This document shows positions 18,749-28,973 of a DNA stretch of 61,346 nucleotides, piece after piece (positions within the stretch are counted from its first letter, which is position 1; the number at the start of each line of letters is the position of its first letter). Source of the stretch: Candidatus Omnitrophota bacterium (GTDB lineage: Bacteria > Omnitrophota > Gorgyraeia > DAOVKU01); assembly GCA_043822625.1 (NCBI GenBank), contig JBDRBQ010000067.1, forward strand, positions 1-61,346, read 5' to 3'. The notes beneath the pieces are model-generated. The model had not been told where the DNA came from. It made no database searches and saw only the letters and a list, made by a program, of their open reading frames with translations. A program made the position numbers and the translations under genes.

Positions 18749-20233
18749 GTGAACATGAATTTCTATCCTTCAAAAGAAGAATTTGTAAAATTATCTAAAA
18801 AGGGGAATTTAATTCCCGTATATACCGAAGTAGTGGCTGATATGCTGACACCTGCTTCGGCTTACCTAAAGATAAAAGACAAAAGCTGTTCTTATCTGCT
18901 TGAATCAGTAGAAGGGGAAGAAAAAATAGCCCGCTATTCTTTTATAGCCAATAATCCTTCGGTAATCATAAAAAGCCGCGGAAAAACAGTAGAAAAAATA
19001 ACCAAAGAAGGCACTCAGATAATAGAAGCGGAAAAAGACCCGCTTGAAGAAATAAAAAAAATTCTTTCCCAGTATAAATTTGTTTCCGTGCCCGGCCTGC
19101 CGAGATTCTGCGGAGGCATGGTAGGTTATTTCTCTTACGACATGGTAAGATTTTTCGAACAACTGCCTGATAAAAATCCGGATGAATTGAATTTACCCGA
19201 AAGCTATTTCCTTTTAACAGATACCCTTTTAATATTCGACCACGTCAAACATAAAATACTTATAGTTTCCAACGCGCATATACAAGAAAGCCCTGAAACC
19301 GCGTATGACAAGGCAGTCGAAAACATAAAAACACTTTTAGAAAAACTAAACCGACCGTTATCCATTGAAATAAAAACAAGCGATTCGAAAGAAACAGCGC
19401 TGGACATTAAATCAAATTTCAGCTTTGATGAATTTTGTGACGCCGTTAAAAAAGCGAAAAGATACATACGTGAAGGAGATATTTTTCAGGTAGTCTTGAG
19501 CCAGCGTTTTGAAATAGATTTCGACGTAGAGCAGTTTGACATTTACCGCGCGTTGAGGAGTATCAATCCCTCGCCGTATATGTTTTTTATGGATTTCGGA
19601 GAATTTTCACTCATTGGCGCTTCTCCTGAAATAATGGTACGCTGTGAAGACGGAAAAGTAGAAGTGCGTCCCATAGCAGGCACAAGGCCCAGGGGCAAAA
19701 ACGAAAAAGAAGATAAGAAATTCGCCGAAAGCTTAATGCGTTCCCGAAAAGAAAGAGCCGAGCATCTCATGCTTGTGGATTTAGGCAGAAACGATATCGG
19801 CAGGGTAAGCGATTACGGTTCGGTAAAAGTACCTGAATTTATGATAATAGAAAAATATTCGCATGTAATGCACATCGTCAGCGACTGCGTAGGAAAATTA
19901 AAAAAAGGTAAAGATTCATTTGATGTGCTCAGGGCGGCATTGCCGGCGGGAACAGTCAGCGGTTCTCCCAAAATAAGAGCTATGGAAATTATAGACGAGC
20001 TTGAAAATACAAGGCGCGGACCTTACGCCGGATGCGTGGGATATTTCAGTTTCTCGGGAAATTTCGATTCCTGCATAACCATTCGAACCATCGTCACTAA
20101 AAATAAACAGGCCTTCATACAGGCAGGGGCGGGTATAGTTGCCGATTCTAACCCCGCCAAAGAATATCAGGAAACACAAAATAAGGCGAAAGCTTTGGTA
20201 AAAGCCATAGAACTGGCAAAAAAAGGATTTTGA
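18749..20233 (+). CDS. trpE: anthranilate synthase component I
   Basis: LLES.E, GDIFQVVLSQRF, NPSPYMF and GT.SG.PK.RAMEII.ELE...RG.Y.G..GY motifs. Start is GTG 18749 or ATG 18755. Confidence 0.95.
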   Translation: MNMNFYPSKEEFVKLSKKGNLIPVYTEVVADMLTPASAYLKIKDKSCSYLLESVEGEEKIARYSFIANNPSVIIKSRGKTVEKITKEGTQIIEAEKDPLEEIKKILSQYKFVSVPGLPRFCGGMVGYFSYDMVRFFEQLPDKNPDELNLPESYFLLTDTLLIFDHVKHKILIVSNAHIQESPETAYDKAVENIKTLLEKLNRPLSIEIKTSDSKETALDIKSNFSFDEFCDAVKKAKRYIREGDIFQVVLSQRFEIDFDVEQFDIYRALRSINPSPYMFFMDFGEFSLIGASPEIMVRCEDGKVEVRPIAGTRPRGKNEKEDKKFAESLMRSRKERAEHLMLVDLGRNDIGRVSDYGSVKVPEFMIIEKYSHVMHIVSDCVGKLKKGKDSFDVLRAALPAGTVSGSPKIRAMEIIDELENTRRGPYAGCVGYFSFSGNFDSCITIRTIVTKNKQAFIQAGAGIVADSNPAKEYQETQNKAKALVKAIELAKKGF

Positions 20234-20237
20234 AGAA

Positions 20238-20465
20238 ATGCCGAAGAAAAAGATAATTTTGACCCGGCACGCTCAGGAAAGAATGCTTAAACGGAATGTT
20301 ACCCTCGAAGACATAAGACAAACTTTAGAACACGCTACTTATATGTCCACATTGAAAAGCGATAATACTCAGGAATTTAGAAGAAAATCCGGCGACAAAG
20401 AAAATTATGTAGTGGTAGAAAAACAAAAGGGAAAAATGATTATAATAACAGTGGGGTGGTCGTAA
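20238..20465 (+). CDS. DUF4258-like small protein (putative toxin)
   Basis: 75 aa. The N-terminal LTRHAQERMLKRNVTLEDI motif is typical of DUF4258. Overlaps the next ORF by 10 nt. Confidence 0.6.
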   Translation: MPKKKIILTRHAQERMLKRNVTLEDIRQTLEHATYMSTLKSDNTQEFRRKSGDKENYVVVEKQKGKMIIITVGWS

Positions 20466-20761
20466 TGAGAAAAAAAACCGTTAGTATTAAGACAAAAAAA
20501 CTTGTTTCGTTTTCTTTCGATGCTTTAGCAAAAGCTATTTACATTGGATTTTCAAATGAAGCTGTCGAAAAAACCGTCCGCAAAACACCGTCTTTCTTTA
20601 TCGATTATGATAAGAAAGGAGAAGTGGTAGGTATAGAAATAATCCGTGTGCAAAAAGTGCAAACAGCCATAAAAAAAATAGTCGCGGACGCGGAAAATAA
20701 TTTGCCGCTTTCAGTAAGAAGGCAAATGGACAATTATCTCCAACCTTCTTTAAATGCTTAA
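20456..20761 (+). CDS. DUF2283-like small protein (putative antitoxin)
   Basis: FDALAKAIYIGF...IDYDKKGEVVGIEI resembles the DUF2283 pattern (D.LYI.......D.D..G..VGIEI). Confidence 0.6.
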   Translation: MVVMRKKTVSIKTKKLVSFSFDALAKAIYIGFSNEAVEKTVRKTPSFFIDYDKKGEVVGIEIIRVQKVQTAIKKIVADAENNLPLSVRRQMDNYLQPSLNA

Positions 20762-20778
20762 GCAATGAGGTTTAAAAA

Positions 20779-21378
20779 ATGATTCTGGTAATTGATAACT
20801 ATGATTCTTTTACTTACAATTTGGTGCAGTATCTTGGAGAACTCGGACAGAAAATAAAAGTTTTCCGCAACGATAAAATATCCGTTGCCGAAATTAAACG
20901 GCTCAAACCGTCTTTTATCGTTATATCACCCGGACCCGGAACCCCGGAAGACGCAGGCATGTCTAACGACTGCATTAAAGAACTATATGATAAAATTCCT
21001 ATTCTCGGCGTATGTCTGGGACATCAATGTATAGGACATTGCTTTGGTGCTAAAATTGTCAAAGCCAAAAATTTAATGCACGGTAAAACTTCTCTTATAT
21101 ATCATAACAAAAAAGATATATTCAAGGGCATTCCGTCACCATTCGAGGCCACACGTTATCATTCGCTCATAATAAAACCCTCGACTTTACCGAAAGAATT
21201 AATAGTAACCGCGCAAACAAAAGAAAAAGAAATCATGGGCGTGCGGCATAAAAAATTTCCGCTTTTCGGGGTGCAGTTTCATCCTGAATCTATATTAACC
21301 AGCGAAGGCAAAAATTTGTTGAAGAATTTTTTGAAGTTTAAAATTAATCGGAATAAAAAGCAGAATGAAACAATTTAA
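20779..21378 (+). CDS. trpG: anthranilate synthase component II (glutamine amidotransferase)
   Basis: ISPGPG.P, GVCLGHQ.I (catalytic Cys) and GVQFHPES motifs. Confidence 0.93.
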   Translation: MILVIDNYDSFTYNLVQYLGELGQKIKVFRNDKISVAEIKRLKPSFIVISPGPGTPEDAGMSNDCIKELYDKIPILGVCLGHQCIGHCFGAKIVKAKNLMHGKTSLIYHNKKDIFKGIPSPFEATRYHSLIIKPSTLPKELIVTAQTKEKEIMGVRHKKFPLFGVQFHPESILTSEGKNLLKNFLKFKINRNKKQNETI

Positions 21379-21990
21379 ATCCCGAAAACAAAATCGGCTA
21401 AAAAATTATGATTATTCACACAATGGATATTACCTGCCTGCCGGCAGGCAGGTTTTGTAACGATATGCGCGCATAATAGGGAAAATATATTTGGTGCAAT
21501 TATAAATAATGATAATTCTGTAGGGGCGCTGCTTGCCTGCGCCCATAATAATAATTCTGTCAAAATAGAATTAACCAGAATTGGTCAAATTATTAACAGT
21601 CAATGGAATAATATCCCAAATCAATATAAAAATATTGAAATCGATAAATTTATTATTATGCCGAATCATATTCATGGAATTGTGATTATTAATAATCGGG
21701 CGCAGGCAAGCAGCGCCCCTACACTATCTCAAATTATCCGTTCTTTTAAATCTAAAACAACTATGGAATATTTGAAGTATATTCACCAAAACAAATTAAA
21801 TATTTCAGGTGAAATATGGCAACGCTCGTTTTATGATCATGTAATTAGGGATGAAGAATCTTTAGAGAAAGTTCGTGAATACATATTCAATAATCCTAAA
21901 ACATGGGAAATGGACGAAAATAATATCGATAATTATTCTGTAAAGGTTCAGGCAAGCCTGAACCCTACAGGAAAATTCCTAACAAAATAA
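21365..21990 (+). pseudogene. IS200/IS605-type Y1 (RAYT-like) transposase, frame-disrupted
   Basis: ATG 21365 overlaps the trpG end. [23 protein letters not shown] is followed by a 20-bp palindrome that shifts the frame. The sequence then continues in the frame starting at 21454 (FVTICAHNRENIFG...IMPNHIHGIV = HUH motif; WQRSFYDHVIRD = catalytic Tyr). Confidence 0.8.
21433..21452. repeat. perfect 20-bp palindrome CCTGCCTGCCGGCAGGCAGG interrupting the transposase gene
   Basis: The reverse complement of CCTGCCTGCC is GGCAGGCAGG. Related copies occur at 17157-17174 and 35289-35345. Confidence 0.85.
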
Positions 21991-22006
21991 AATTTAAGGA
22001 TTATTC

Positions 22007-23026
22007 ATGATCATAAAAGAATCTATTTCAAAATTAATTGATAAGCAGGACTTAACACGGCAGGAAATGGAAGCCGTGATGAACGAAATCATGACAGGTG
22101 TTGCCACAGCCGCGCAAATCGGCGCTTTTCTGACAGCCTTAAGATTAAAAGGCGAAACCGTAGAAGAAATCACAGGCGCGGCAATTGTCATGCGCGAGAA
22201 AGCCGCTAAAATAGATTTAAAGGCTGAAAATAAAATCATCATAGATACCTGCGGGACAGGCGGAAGCGGTACAAATGCTTTTAATATTTCCACCACCTGC
22301 GCTTTTGTAGCGGCGGGAGCAGGCATTGTAGTAGCAAAACACGGGAATAAATCCGTATCGAGTCAATGCGGAAGCGCCGATGTGTTGCAAGCTCTGGGAA
22401 TAAATATAAATTTAACTCCCGAAGAAGTAGGTGAATGCATCTCACAAACCGGTATCGGTTTTCTATACGCTCCGCTTTTTCACAGCGCCATGAAATACGC
22501 CATAGGCCCGAGAAGGGAAATAGGCATAAGAACTATTTTTAACGTCCTTGGACCGTTGACTAATCCGGCAGGCGCGAATCGTCAGGTACTGGGAGTTTAT
22601 GACGAAAAACTATGCGAAGCGTTGGCTGGAGTTTTAAAAAATCTCGGCAGTAAACACGCCTTTGTGGTACACGGGCTTGACGGACTGGATGAAATTACTA
22701 CCACCAATTCCACCAAAATAACGGAATTAAAAAATAACGAGATAAAAGTTTATCACATAAAACCTGAAGATTTCGGAATAAAGCCTGCTAAAGCGCAAGA
22801 TTTAAGAGGCGGGGGCGTGCAAGAGAACGCCGAAATTATCCTAAATATATTAAAGGGTGCAAAAGGAGCAAAAAGAGATATTGTGCTTTTGAATACTGCC
22901 GCGGCTTTTGTTGCCGCTGATAAAGCGGAAAATTTAAAAGAAGGCCTTAAAATAGCCGCCCAATCCATAGACACAGGCAAAGCACTGGAGAAATTAGAAG
23001 CCTTGCGAAAAGCAAGTAATAAATAA
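22007..23026 (+). CDS. trpD: anthranilate phosphoribosyltransferase
   Basis: DTCGTGG.G..AFNIST and KHGN.S.SS..GSADVL.ALG motifs. Confidence 0.95.
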   Translation: MIIKESISKLIDKQDLTRQEMEAVMNEIMTGVATAAQIGAFLTALRLKGETVEEITGAAIVMREKAAKIDLKAENKIIIDTCGTGGSGTNAFNISTTCAFVAAGAGIVVAKHGNKSVSSQCGSADVLQALGININLTPEEVGECISQTGIGFLYAPLFHSAMKYAIGPRREIGIRTIFNVLGPLTNPAGANRQVLGVYDEKLCEALAGVLKNLGSKHAFVVHGLDGLDEITTTNSTKITELKNNEIKVYHIKPEDFGIKPAKAQDLRGGGVQENAEIILNILKGAKGAKRDIVLLNTAAAFVAADKAENLKEGLKIAAQSIDTGKALEKLEALRKASNK

Positions 23027-23056
23027 TTGTGACTTTAATTTTGTTTTGTGCAGTTA

Positions 23057-23147
23057 AAAATCTCCCCTCCCCCCCACATATGCCTCTTTAAAAAAGAGGG
23101 GGATATTAAAATTTCCCCCTTTGTAAAGGGGGACTAAGGGGGATTTT
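23057..23147. repeat. AAATCCCC...GGGGATTT-family palindromic element(s)
   Basis: AAAATCTCCCCTCCCCCCC ... CCTCTTTAAAAAAGAGGG ... TTCCCCCTTTGTAAAGGGGGA CTAAGGGGGATTTT, in the trpD-trpC spacer. Confidence 0.75.
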
Positions 23148-23242
23148 GAAAAGCTCGTTTACAATTTTAATAAATAATTTCGCGCAAGATAAATAAAATA
23201 ATCAGTGCAATCAAAATCAATGTTTTTAAATTAGTTAAAAAA

Positions 23243-24016
23243 ATGAACATTCTCGACACAATCGTAAAACAAAAAGAAAAAGAAATCGTTTCTTTGAAAA
23301 AGAAGAAGAACGATTTAATAGCCGCCTGTGAAAAGCCGGTAAAAATACTGAACTTCGAAGCAGCTGTTTCAAAACCCGGAAAACTGAATATTATCGGAGA
23401 AGTAAAACAGGCTTCACCTTCGGCAGGTGTTATAAAAAAAGTTTTTAATCCCGCGGAAATAGCCCGTATTTATAAAAGAAACGGTATTTCAGCAATAAGT
23501 GTTTTAACAGATGAGAATTTTTTCAAAGGCAAATTAGAATATATCGCTCTGGTAAAAAAAGCCGGCCTGCCTGTTCTAAGAAAAGATTTCATCATAAATA
23601 AAGTCCAAATTTACGAATCTTTATTAGCAGGATCTGACGCGATATTATTGATAGCCGCTATTCTTAGCGAAACAAAGTTAAAGAAATTTATAAAATTGAC
23701 CCATCAGCTCAGAATGTCCGCTCTGGTCGAAACCCGTACAAAAGAAGAAGTTTTAAAAGCATTATCAGCCGGCGCGCGGATTATAGGCATAAACAACCGT
23801 GATTTAAAGAACTTTAAAATAGATTTAAAGACCACTGAAAAAATGCTTAAATATATTCCCAATGGGAAAATAGTGGTTTCAGAAAGCGGTCTTGAATACA
23901 AAAAAGATTTGCTATATATGAAAAAGTTAGGAGTAAACGCCGTCCTGATAGGCACGACTTTTATGAAAGCGGCGGATATGGGGAAAAAGATAAAATTATT
24001 AATAAAAGCAAAATAA
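23243..24016 (+). CDS. trpC: indole-3-glycerol phosphate synthase
   Basis: IGEVK.ASPS.G, LRKDFI and IGINNRDL..F motifs. Confidence 0.92.
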   Translation: MNILDTIVKQKEKEIVSLKKKKNDLIAACEKPVKILNFEAAVSKPGKLNIIGEVKQASPSAGVIKKVFNPAEIARIYKRNGISAISVLTDENFFKGKLEYIALVKKAGLPVLRKDFIINKVQIYESLLAGSDAILLIAAILSETKLKKFIKLTHQLRMSALVETRTKEEVLKALSAGARIIGINNRDLKNFKIDLKTTEKMLKYIPNGKIVVSESGLEYKKDLLYMKKLGVNAVLIGTTFMKAADMGKKIKLLIKAK

Positions 24017-24048
24017 CAAGTCTGATAATTTGTCATAGGCGAAATAAA

Positions 24049-24270
24049 ATGATGGAGGAATATATTATGGATAAGACTCTTTTAGAAAAGGCGTTAAAAA
24101 TGTCACCTAACGAAAGAGTGGTATTTGCTGAGTTAATTCTTGCCAGCATTGATCATGAAGAAAAAGGAATTCGTGAAGCATGGATTGCCGAAGTAAAAAG
24201 CCGTATGAAAGCTGTTAAAAAAGGCAAAGCGAAATTATTGGATTTTGAAAGGTTATTCAATGAAGATTAG
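24049..24270 (+). CDS. putative addiction-module antitoxin component
   Basis: L.MSPNERV.FAE.IL.S........I.EAW..E...R pattern, typical of the small 'putative addiction module component' family. Overlaps the next ORF. Start is ambiguous among ATG 24049, 24052 and 24067. Confidence 0.62.
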   Translation: MMEEYIMDKTLLEKALKMSPNERVVFAELILASIDHEEKGIREAWIAEVKSRMKAVKKGKAKLLDFERLFNED

Positions 24271-24553
24271 TATCCATGAGTTAGCGGCTAAAGAATTTAA
24301 TGAAGCCATTGATTGGTATGAAAGTCAATCAAAAGGATTTGGGAAACGATTTAAAAAATTAGTACTGGAACAGCTCAAAAAGGTTAAAAAAAATCCCAAG
24401 TGGTTCCTGATAGAAGCTGATAATATATACAAAGCCTATATCCCCAAATTTCCATACAAAATATTATTTACATTGGATAAAAATCTGATTATTATATGGG
24501 CTATTTCTCATATGCATAGAAAGCCTTGGTATTGGCAATCGAGAATAAGCTAA
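24245..24553 (+). CDS. RelE/ParE-family toxin
   Basis: A..EF.EAIDWYE.QS.G.G.RF pattern at the N-terminus and the size (102 aa) fit ParE/RelE plasmid-stabilisation toxins. Confidence 0.68.
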   Translation: MKGYSMKISIHELAAKEFNEAIDWYESQSKGFGKRFKKLVLEQLKKVKKNPKWFLIEADNIYKAYIPKFPYKILFTLDKNLIIIWAISHMHRKPWYWQSRIS

Positions 24554-24588
24554 ATTAAGTATAAAGAAACCCTAAGGGAAAATTTACC

Positions 24589-25218
24589 ATGTTTAAAGTA
24601 AAAATCTGCGGTATCACAAATGAAAAAGACGCGCTGGCGGCAGTGAAATTCGGGGCGGACGCGTTGGGTTTTATTTTTTACAAAAAAAGTCCGCGTTATA
24701 TAGCACCCGCGAAATGCGCTAAGATTGCCGTGAAAATCAATCCTTTTGTGGTTAAAACAGGTGTTTTTGTGGATGAAAAAAAGGAAACGGTTCTGAAAAT
24801 CCTAAAACAATGCCGTCTTCAGGCAGTTCAGTTTCACGGTAACGAAACACCTTCGTATTGCAATTTTTTCAGGAAACATGCTATAGTAATAAAGGCTTTT
24901 AATTTAAAAGACGAAGCCTCGCTTGAAAAAATAAAAAAATACAGCGTTGACGGGTATTTGGTAGATACCTATCATCCTGTCCTTAAAGGTGGAAGCGGTA
25001 AAGTATTCGACCTGAAATTAGCTTGTGCCGCGGCACGGATAAAAAGGCCTTTGATTTTAGCAGGGGGACTGAACGCTGAAAACGTGATTTCTTATTTAAA
25101 CAAAATCAAGCCCGACGCGGTTGACGTAACCAGCGGTGTAGAAAAAAAGCCGGGCGTAAAAGATATTAAACAAATGGAAAAATTCATAAGAGAGGTTAAA
25201 AATTATGTTACCGGATAA
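24589..25218 (+). CDS. trpF: phosphoribosylanthranilate isomerase
   Basis: KICGIT...DA and QFHG.E motifs, C-terminal VDV.SGVE..PG.KD. Confidence 0.9.
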   Translation: MFKVKICGITNEKDALAAVKFGADALGFIFYKKSPRYIAPAKCAKIAVKINPFVVKTGVFVDEKKETVLKILKQCRLQAVQFHGNETPSYCNFFRKHAIVIKAFNLKDEASLEKIKKYSVDGYLVDTYHPVLKGGSGKVFDLKLACAAARIKRPLILAGGLNAENVISYLNKIKPDAVDVTSGVEKKPGVKDIKQMEKFIREVKNYVTG

Positions 25219-26398
25219 AAGAGGTTATTTTGGAGAATTCGGCGGAAAATACGTACCAGAGACGCTCATGTCCGCCATAACACATTTGGAAGAATTTTAT
25301 CATAACGTCCAAAAAGACGCTAAGTTTAAGAAAACTTTAAAATTCTATCTGGAAGAATACGCAGGGCGTCCTACTCCGCTTTATTACGCGGCGAGATTAA
25401 GCGAGGCTTTGGGAAATAACGTAAAAATATATCTTAAAAGAGAAGACTTGCTTTTAACCGGCGCTCATAAAATAAATAATACTTTGGCGCAGGTTCTTAT
25501 GGCGGTAGCTATGGGTAAGAAAAGAGTAATCGCCGAGACAGGAGCCGGACAGCACGGTGTGGCTACGGCTACCGCGGCGGCTAAATTCGGCCTTGGATGT
25601 GAAGTTTATATGGGAGACGAAGACGTAGAACGGCAGTCGCTGAACGTGCTGAGAATGAAACTCCTGGGCGCGAAAGTTATACCGGTGCATTCGGGTTCGA
25701 GAACTTTAAAAGACGCTACCAACGAAGCTATAAGAGACTGGGTAACAAACGTCAGGAGTACCCATTACGTAATCGGTTCTGTAGTGGGGCCGCATCCTTA
25801 TCCTATGATGGTAAGAGATTTTCAGGCTGTTATAGGTAAAGAAGCCAGACAGCAGATTTTAAAAGCCGAAGGCAGGCTTCCTGATTATTTAGTCGCGTGC
25901 GTAGGCGGAGGCAGTAATGCTATAGGGCTTTTTCACCCGTTTTTTAACGATACCGAAACAAAATTTATCGGCGTGGAAGCCGCCGGCAGGGGATTGTCAA
26001 GCGGACTGCACGCGGCTCCTTTAAATAAAGGTACGGTCGGTGTTCTTCACGGCTCAAAAAGTTATCTTTTGCAGGATAAAAACGGACAGGTGAAAATCGC
26101 GCATTCTATTTCCGCGGGGCTTGATTACCCGGGAGTAGGACCGGAACATTCCTATTATAAAGATATCGGCCGGGCCGAATACGCGGCGGCAACAGATAAA
26201 GAGGCTTTGGAAGGATTTCAACTAATGGCTAAAACCGAAGGAATCCTGCCGGCGTTGGAACCCAGCCATGCTATATCTTACTTAACAAAATTAGTGCCGA
26301 AAATCGGTAAAGACAAAATTATTATTCTCGGGCTTTCCGGCAGAGGCGATAAAGACGTAAATATCATCAAAGAAGCCTTGAAATTAAATAATAATTAA
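25205..26398 (+). CDS. trpB: tryptophan synthase beta chain
   Basis: [21 protein letters not shown] (PLP lysine) and GGGSNA.G.F motifs. Confidence 0.97.
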   Translation: MLPDKRGYFGEFGGKYVPETLMSAITHLEEFYHNVQKDAKFKKTLKFYLEEYAGRPTPLYYAARLSEALGNNVKIYLKREDLLLTGAHKINNTLAQVLMAVAMGKKRVIAETGAGQHGVATATAAAKFGLGCEVYMGDEDVERQSLNVLRMKLLGAKVIPVHSGSRTLKDATNEAIRDWVTNVRSTHYVIGSVVGPHPYPMMVRDFQAVIGKEARQQILKAEGRLPDYLVACVGGGSNAIGLFHPFFNDTETKFIGVEAAGRGLSSGLHAAPLNKGTVGVLHGSKSYLLQDKNGQVKIAHSISAGLDYPGVGPEHSYYKDIGRAEYAAATDKEALEGFQLMAKTEGILPALEPSHAISYLTKLVPKIGKDKIIILGLSGRGDKDVNIIKEALKLNNN

Positions 26399-26411
26399 AT
26401 AAAAGAGTATC

Positions 26412-26438
26412 GTAGGGACAGGGCTTGCCCCTGTCCGT
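26412..26438. repeat. GTAG-headed REP-like hairpin (GTAGGGACA family)
   Basis: GTAG GGACAGGG CTTG CCCCTGTCC GT, 13 nt after the trpB stop. Confidence 0.8.
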
Positions 26439-26444
26439 TAAAAG

Positions 26445-27281
26445 ATGATTAGCGAAATTATAAACTGCGAGGGCAAAAAATTGAACAGAATTAACGAGAA
26501 GTTTAAAGAGTTAAAGTCTAAAAATAAAAAGGCTTTTATCGCTTTTATTACCTGCGGAGACCCGTCTTTAAGCAAAACCATGAAAATCGCCCAAGCGCTT
26601 GACAGAGCAGGGGTAGATATTCTGGAATTAGGCGTGCCTTTTTCAGACCCCTTAGCTGACGGCCCGACCATACAAAAAGCCAGCCAGCGCGCCTTAGAGC
26701 ATGATACGAACTTAAAAAACATTTTTTCTTTTGTTAACGATTTCAGAAAAAAGAGTTCTTTGCCTGTAGCTTTGATGACGTACTATAATCCGGTTTTGTA
26801 TTACGGTATCGAAAAATTCTGTCGCGACTGCCGCGAAAACGGCGTTGACGGTGTTATTGTGCCTGATTTACCGGTTGAAGAAGACGCCCGTTTAAATCAG
26901 CAGTTAAAAAAAGAAGGTGTAGCTTCGGTATTATTCATCGCGCCGACTTCAACCGCGGAAAGAAAAAGCAAAGCGGTTGATGCTACGACCGGTTTTATTT
27001 ATTACGTTTCTTTAACAGGCGTTACCGGAGTCAGGAGAAATCTGGACGCTTCTTTGATTGAAGACCTGAAAGAAACCAAGAAAATCGCTAAAGACAAGCC
27101 TGTTTGTGTGGGATTCGGAATTTCAACTACCGAACAAATAAAACAATTGAAACCTTATTGCGATGGCCTTATCGTAGGCTCAGCTATTATAAAAATTATA
27201 GAAGAAGACCCGAAAGATAAAAATATAGTACCCAAAATAGAGGCCTTTGCCAAAAAACTCGCGAAGGCAGTCCATGAATAA
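26445..27281 (+). CDS. trpA: tryptophan synthase alpha chain
   Basis: GDPS, D..ELG.PFSDPLADGP.IQ and YYVS..GVTG motifs. The exact start is uncertain. Confidence 0.92.
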   Translation: MISEIINCEGKKLNRINEKFKELKSKNKKAFIAFITCGDPSLSKTMKIAQALDRAGVDILELGVPFSDPLADGPTIQKASQRALEHDTNLKNIFSFVNDFRKKSSLPVALMTYYNPVLYYGIEKFCRDCRENGVDGVIVPDLPVEEDARLNQQLKKEGVASVLFIAPTSTAERKSKAVDATTGFIYYVSLTGVTGVRRNLDASLIEDLKETKKIAKDKPVCVGFGISTTEQIKQLKPYCDGLIVGSAIIKIIEEDPKDKNIVPKIEAFAKKLAKAVHE

Positions 27282-27315
27282 AACATCAGAGAGTATACGA
27301 AAATGAGGGTTATCA

Positions 27316-28386
27316 ATGAAAGCAAATAAAGTTTTTATAACAATTTTAGCCGGCGGCCGGGGAGAAAGATTCTGGCCTAAAAGCACAAAGTCAAAACCAA
27401 AACAGGTTCTTTCTTTTTTCTCGAACAAAACTTTAATAGAAGAAAGCGCCTTACGCGTAAAAAATATAGCCGGCGCGAATAATCTTTACATCTTGTGCAA
27501 TAAAGAATTAAAAACGGCCTTAAAAAAATTTAAAATATTAAAAAACGCGAATATCATTGCCGAACCTGCCGGACGCAATACAGCTCCTTCGATAGCTCTT
27601 GCTTCGGCTCTGACCGAAAAGGAAAACCCCGGTGCTGTTATGGTTGTTCTGCCATGCGACCAATATATAGGCGATAATAAAAAATTTATCTCTGCTTTGA
27701 ACGCGGGCATAGAGGCCGCGCGCTCAACGGATAATATAGTAACAATCGGCATAAAACCCGCTTATCCGGCAACCGGTTACGGGTATATCAATATCGGCAA
27801 AGAAAAAAGCCCGGCTTTATTCGCAGTCCAAAGTTTTAAGGAAAAACCGGATGAAAAAACGGCAGGTACGTATTTTAAGTCCGGGAAGTTTTTATGGAAC
27901 GCGGGTATTTTTATTTTTAAAAGCTCGGTAATGCTTTCTTTATTTGAACAGTTTTCGCCGTTAATATACAAAGATATAAAAGCCATAGTTGACTCAGGTA
28001 ATTTTAATAAAGCGTTAAATTCAATTTATCCGAAAATAGAAAAAATCTCCATTGATTACTGTATTATGGAAAAGACCAAAAACATCCTTTGTGTGGAAGG
28101 AGATTTCAAATGGTGCGACATCGGTTCGTGGGAAAGCCTCGAATATATTTTCGGCAAAGATAAAAATTCCAACATAATAAAGGCCGAAAATTTTGCCGGT
28201 ATTAATATTAAAGACTGTATTATTTTAAGTGAAAAAAATCATTTAGTAGGAGTTATCGGTATTTCGGGCCTGATTGTGGTGCATACCGAGAATGCCACGC
28301 TAATATGCCCCAAAGAAAAAGCGCAGGAAGTGCGCGCGCTGGTGGAAATATTAAAAACTACTAAAAAGACGGAAAAGTTTTTATAA
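27316..28386 (+). CDS. mannose-1-phosphate guanylyltransferase-like NTP-sugar transferase
   Basis: ILAGG.GERFWP.S N-terminal nucleotidyltransferase motif, and 356 aa without a cupin/PMI extension. Confidence 0.78.
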   Translation: MKANKVFITILAGGRGERFWPKSTKSKPKQVLSFFSNKTLIEESALRVKNIAGANNLYILCNKELKTALKKFKILKNANIIAEPAGRNTAPSIALASALTEKENPGAVMVVLPCDQYIGDNKKFISALNAGIEAARSTDNIVTIGIKPAYPATGYGYINIGKEKSPALFAVQSFKEKPDEKTAGTYFKSGKFLWNAGIFIFKSSVMLSLFEQFSPLIYKDIKAIVDSGNFNKALNSIYPKIEKISIDYCIMEKTKNILCVEGDFKWCDIGSWESLEYIFGKDKNSNIIKAENFAGINIKDCIILSEKNHLVGVIGISGLIVVHTENATLICPKEKAQEVRALVEILKTTKKTEKFL

Positions 28387-28422
28387 TTAACTTAAACTGT
28401 AAAAATAGGGTTATGCTAATAT

Positions 28423-28689
28423 GTGGGGATTTATAGGTGTTATAATTGGATCATTGTTAATATTGATGAAGATGACCTTGAGATATTTCATGATTTTGTG
28501 GTTAATGATACAAGATATTCTGTGGAGTTTGATGAAAGTGGTAAAATGATAATTCCAATGAGTGTTTATAATCATCTTAAAGAGGTGTTTCATGTTAAAA
28601 ATGTATCACATATGCCGCCGGAATTTATCAAAAGAGTCAAAGAAAAATTTGATAGTAAGAAAAGCAATTTAGAAGGTGATAAGAAATGA
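28423..28689 (+). CDS. hypothetical protein, translationally coupled to the MNT gene
   Basis: GTG-start ORF whose stop overlaps the MNT ATG (ATGA at 28686). I see no recognisable family. An alternative 42-codon hydrophobic ATG ORF (28421-28549) overlaps it in another frame. Confidence 0.35.
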   Translation: MGIYRCYNWIIVNIDEDDLEIFHDFVVNDTRYSVEFDESGKMIIPMSVYNHLKEVFHVKNVSHMPPEFIKRVKEKFDSKKSNLEGDKK

Positions 28690-28973
28690 ACAATAAAAGA
28701 GAAATGTTTAAGAAAGTTGCTTTATTGCTTGAAGGACAAGGCGCGAAAAAAGCAGCGGTTTTTGGTTCTTATGTAAGGGGAGAGGAAAAACCGGACAGTG
28801 ATATAGATATTCTCGTAGAATTTAAAGAACGAAAAAGCCTTCTCGAGTTTGTAAAAATAGAAAGAGAATTGTCTCAAAGCATAGGAATAAAAGTGGATTT
28901 ATTAACGGAAAAATCCATAAGTCCCTATTTAATCGACAGAATAAAAAAAGAAATGGAGGTAATCTACGAGTGA
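28686..28973 (+). CDS. MNT-type nucleotidyltransferase (antitoxin of the HepT/MntA pair)
   Basis: GS..RGE....SDIDILV is the minimal nucleotidyltransferase signature. Confidence 0.85.
   Translation: MNNKREMFKKVALLLEGQGAKKAAVFGSYVRGEEKPDSDIDILVEFKERKSLLEFVKIERELSQSIGIKVDLLTEKSISPYLIDRIKKEMEVIYE

Noticed and set aside
21375-21563. A 62-aa minus-strand ORF upstream of the transposase fragment.
   Set aside because: It is antisense to the reconstructed N-terminal half of the RAYT-like gene and is driven by the GC-rich inverted repeat.
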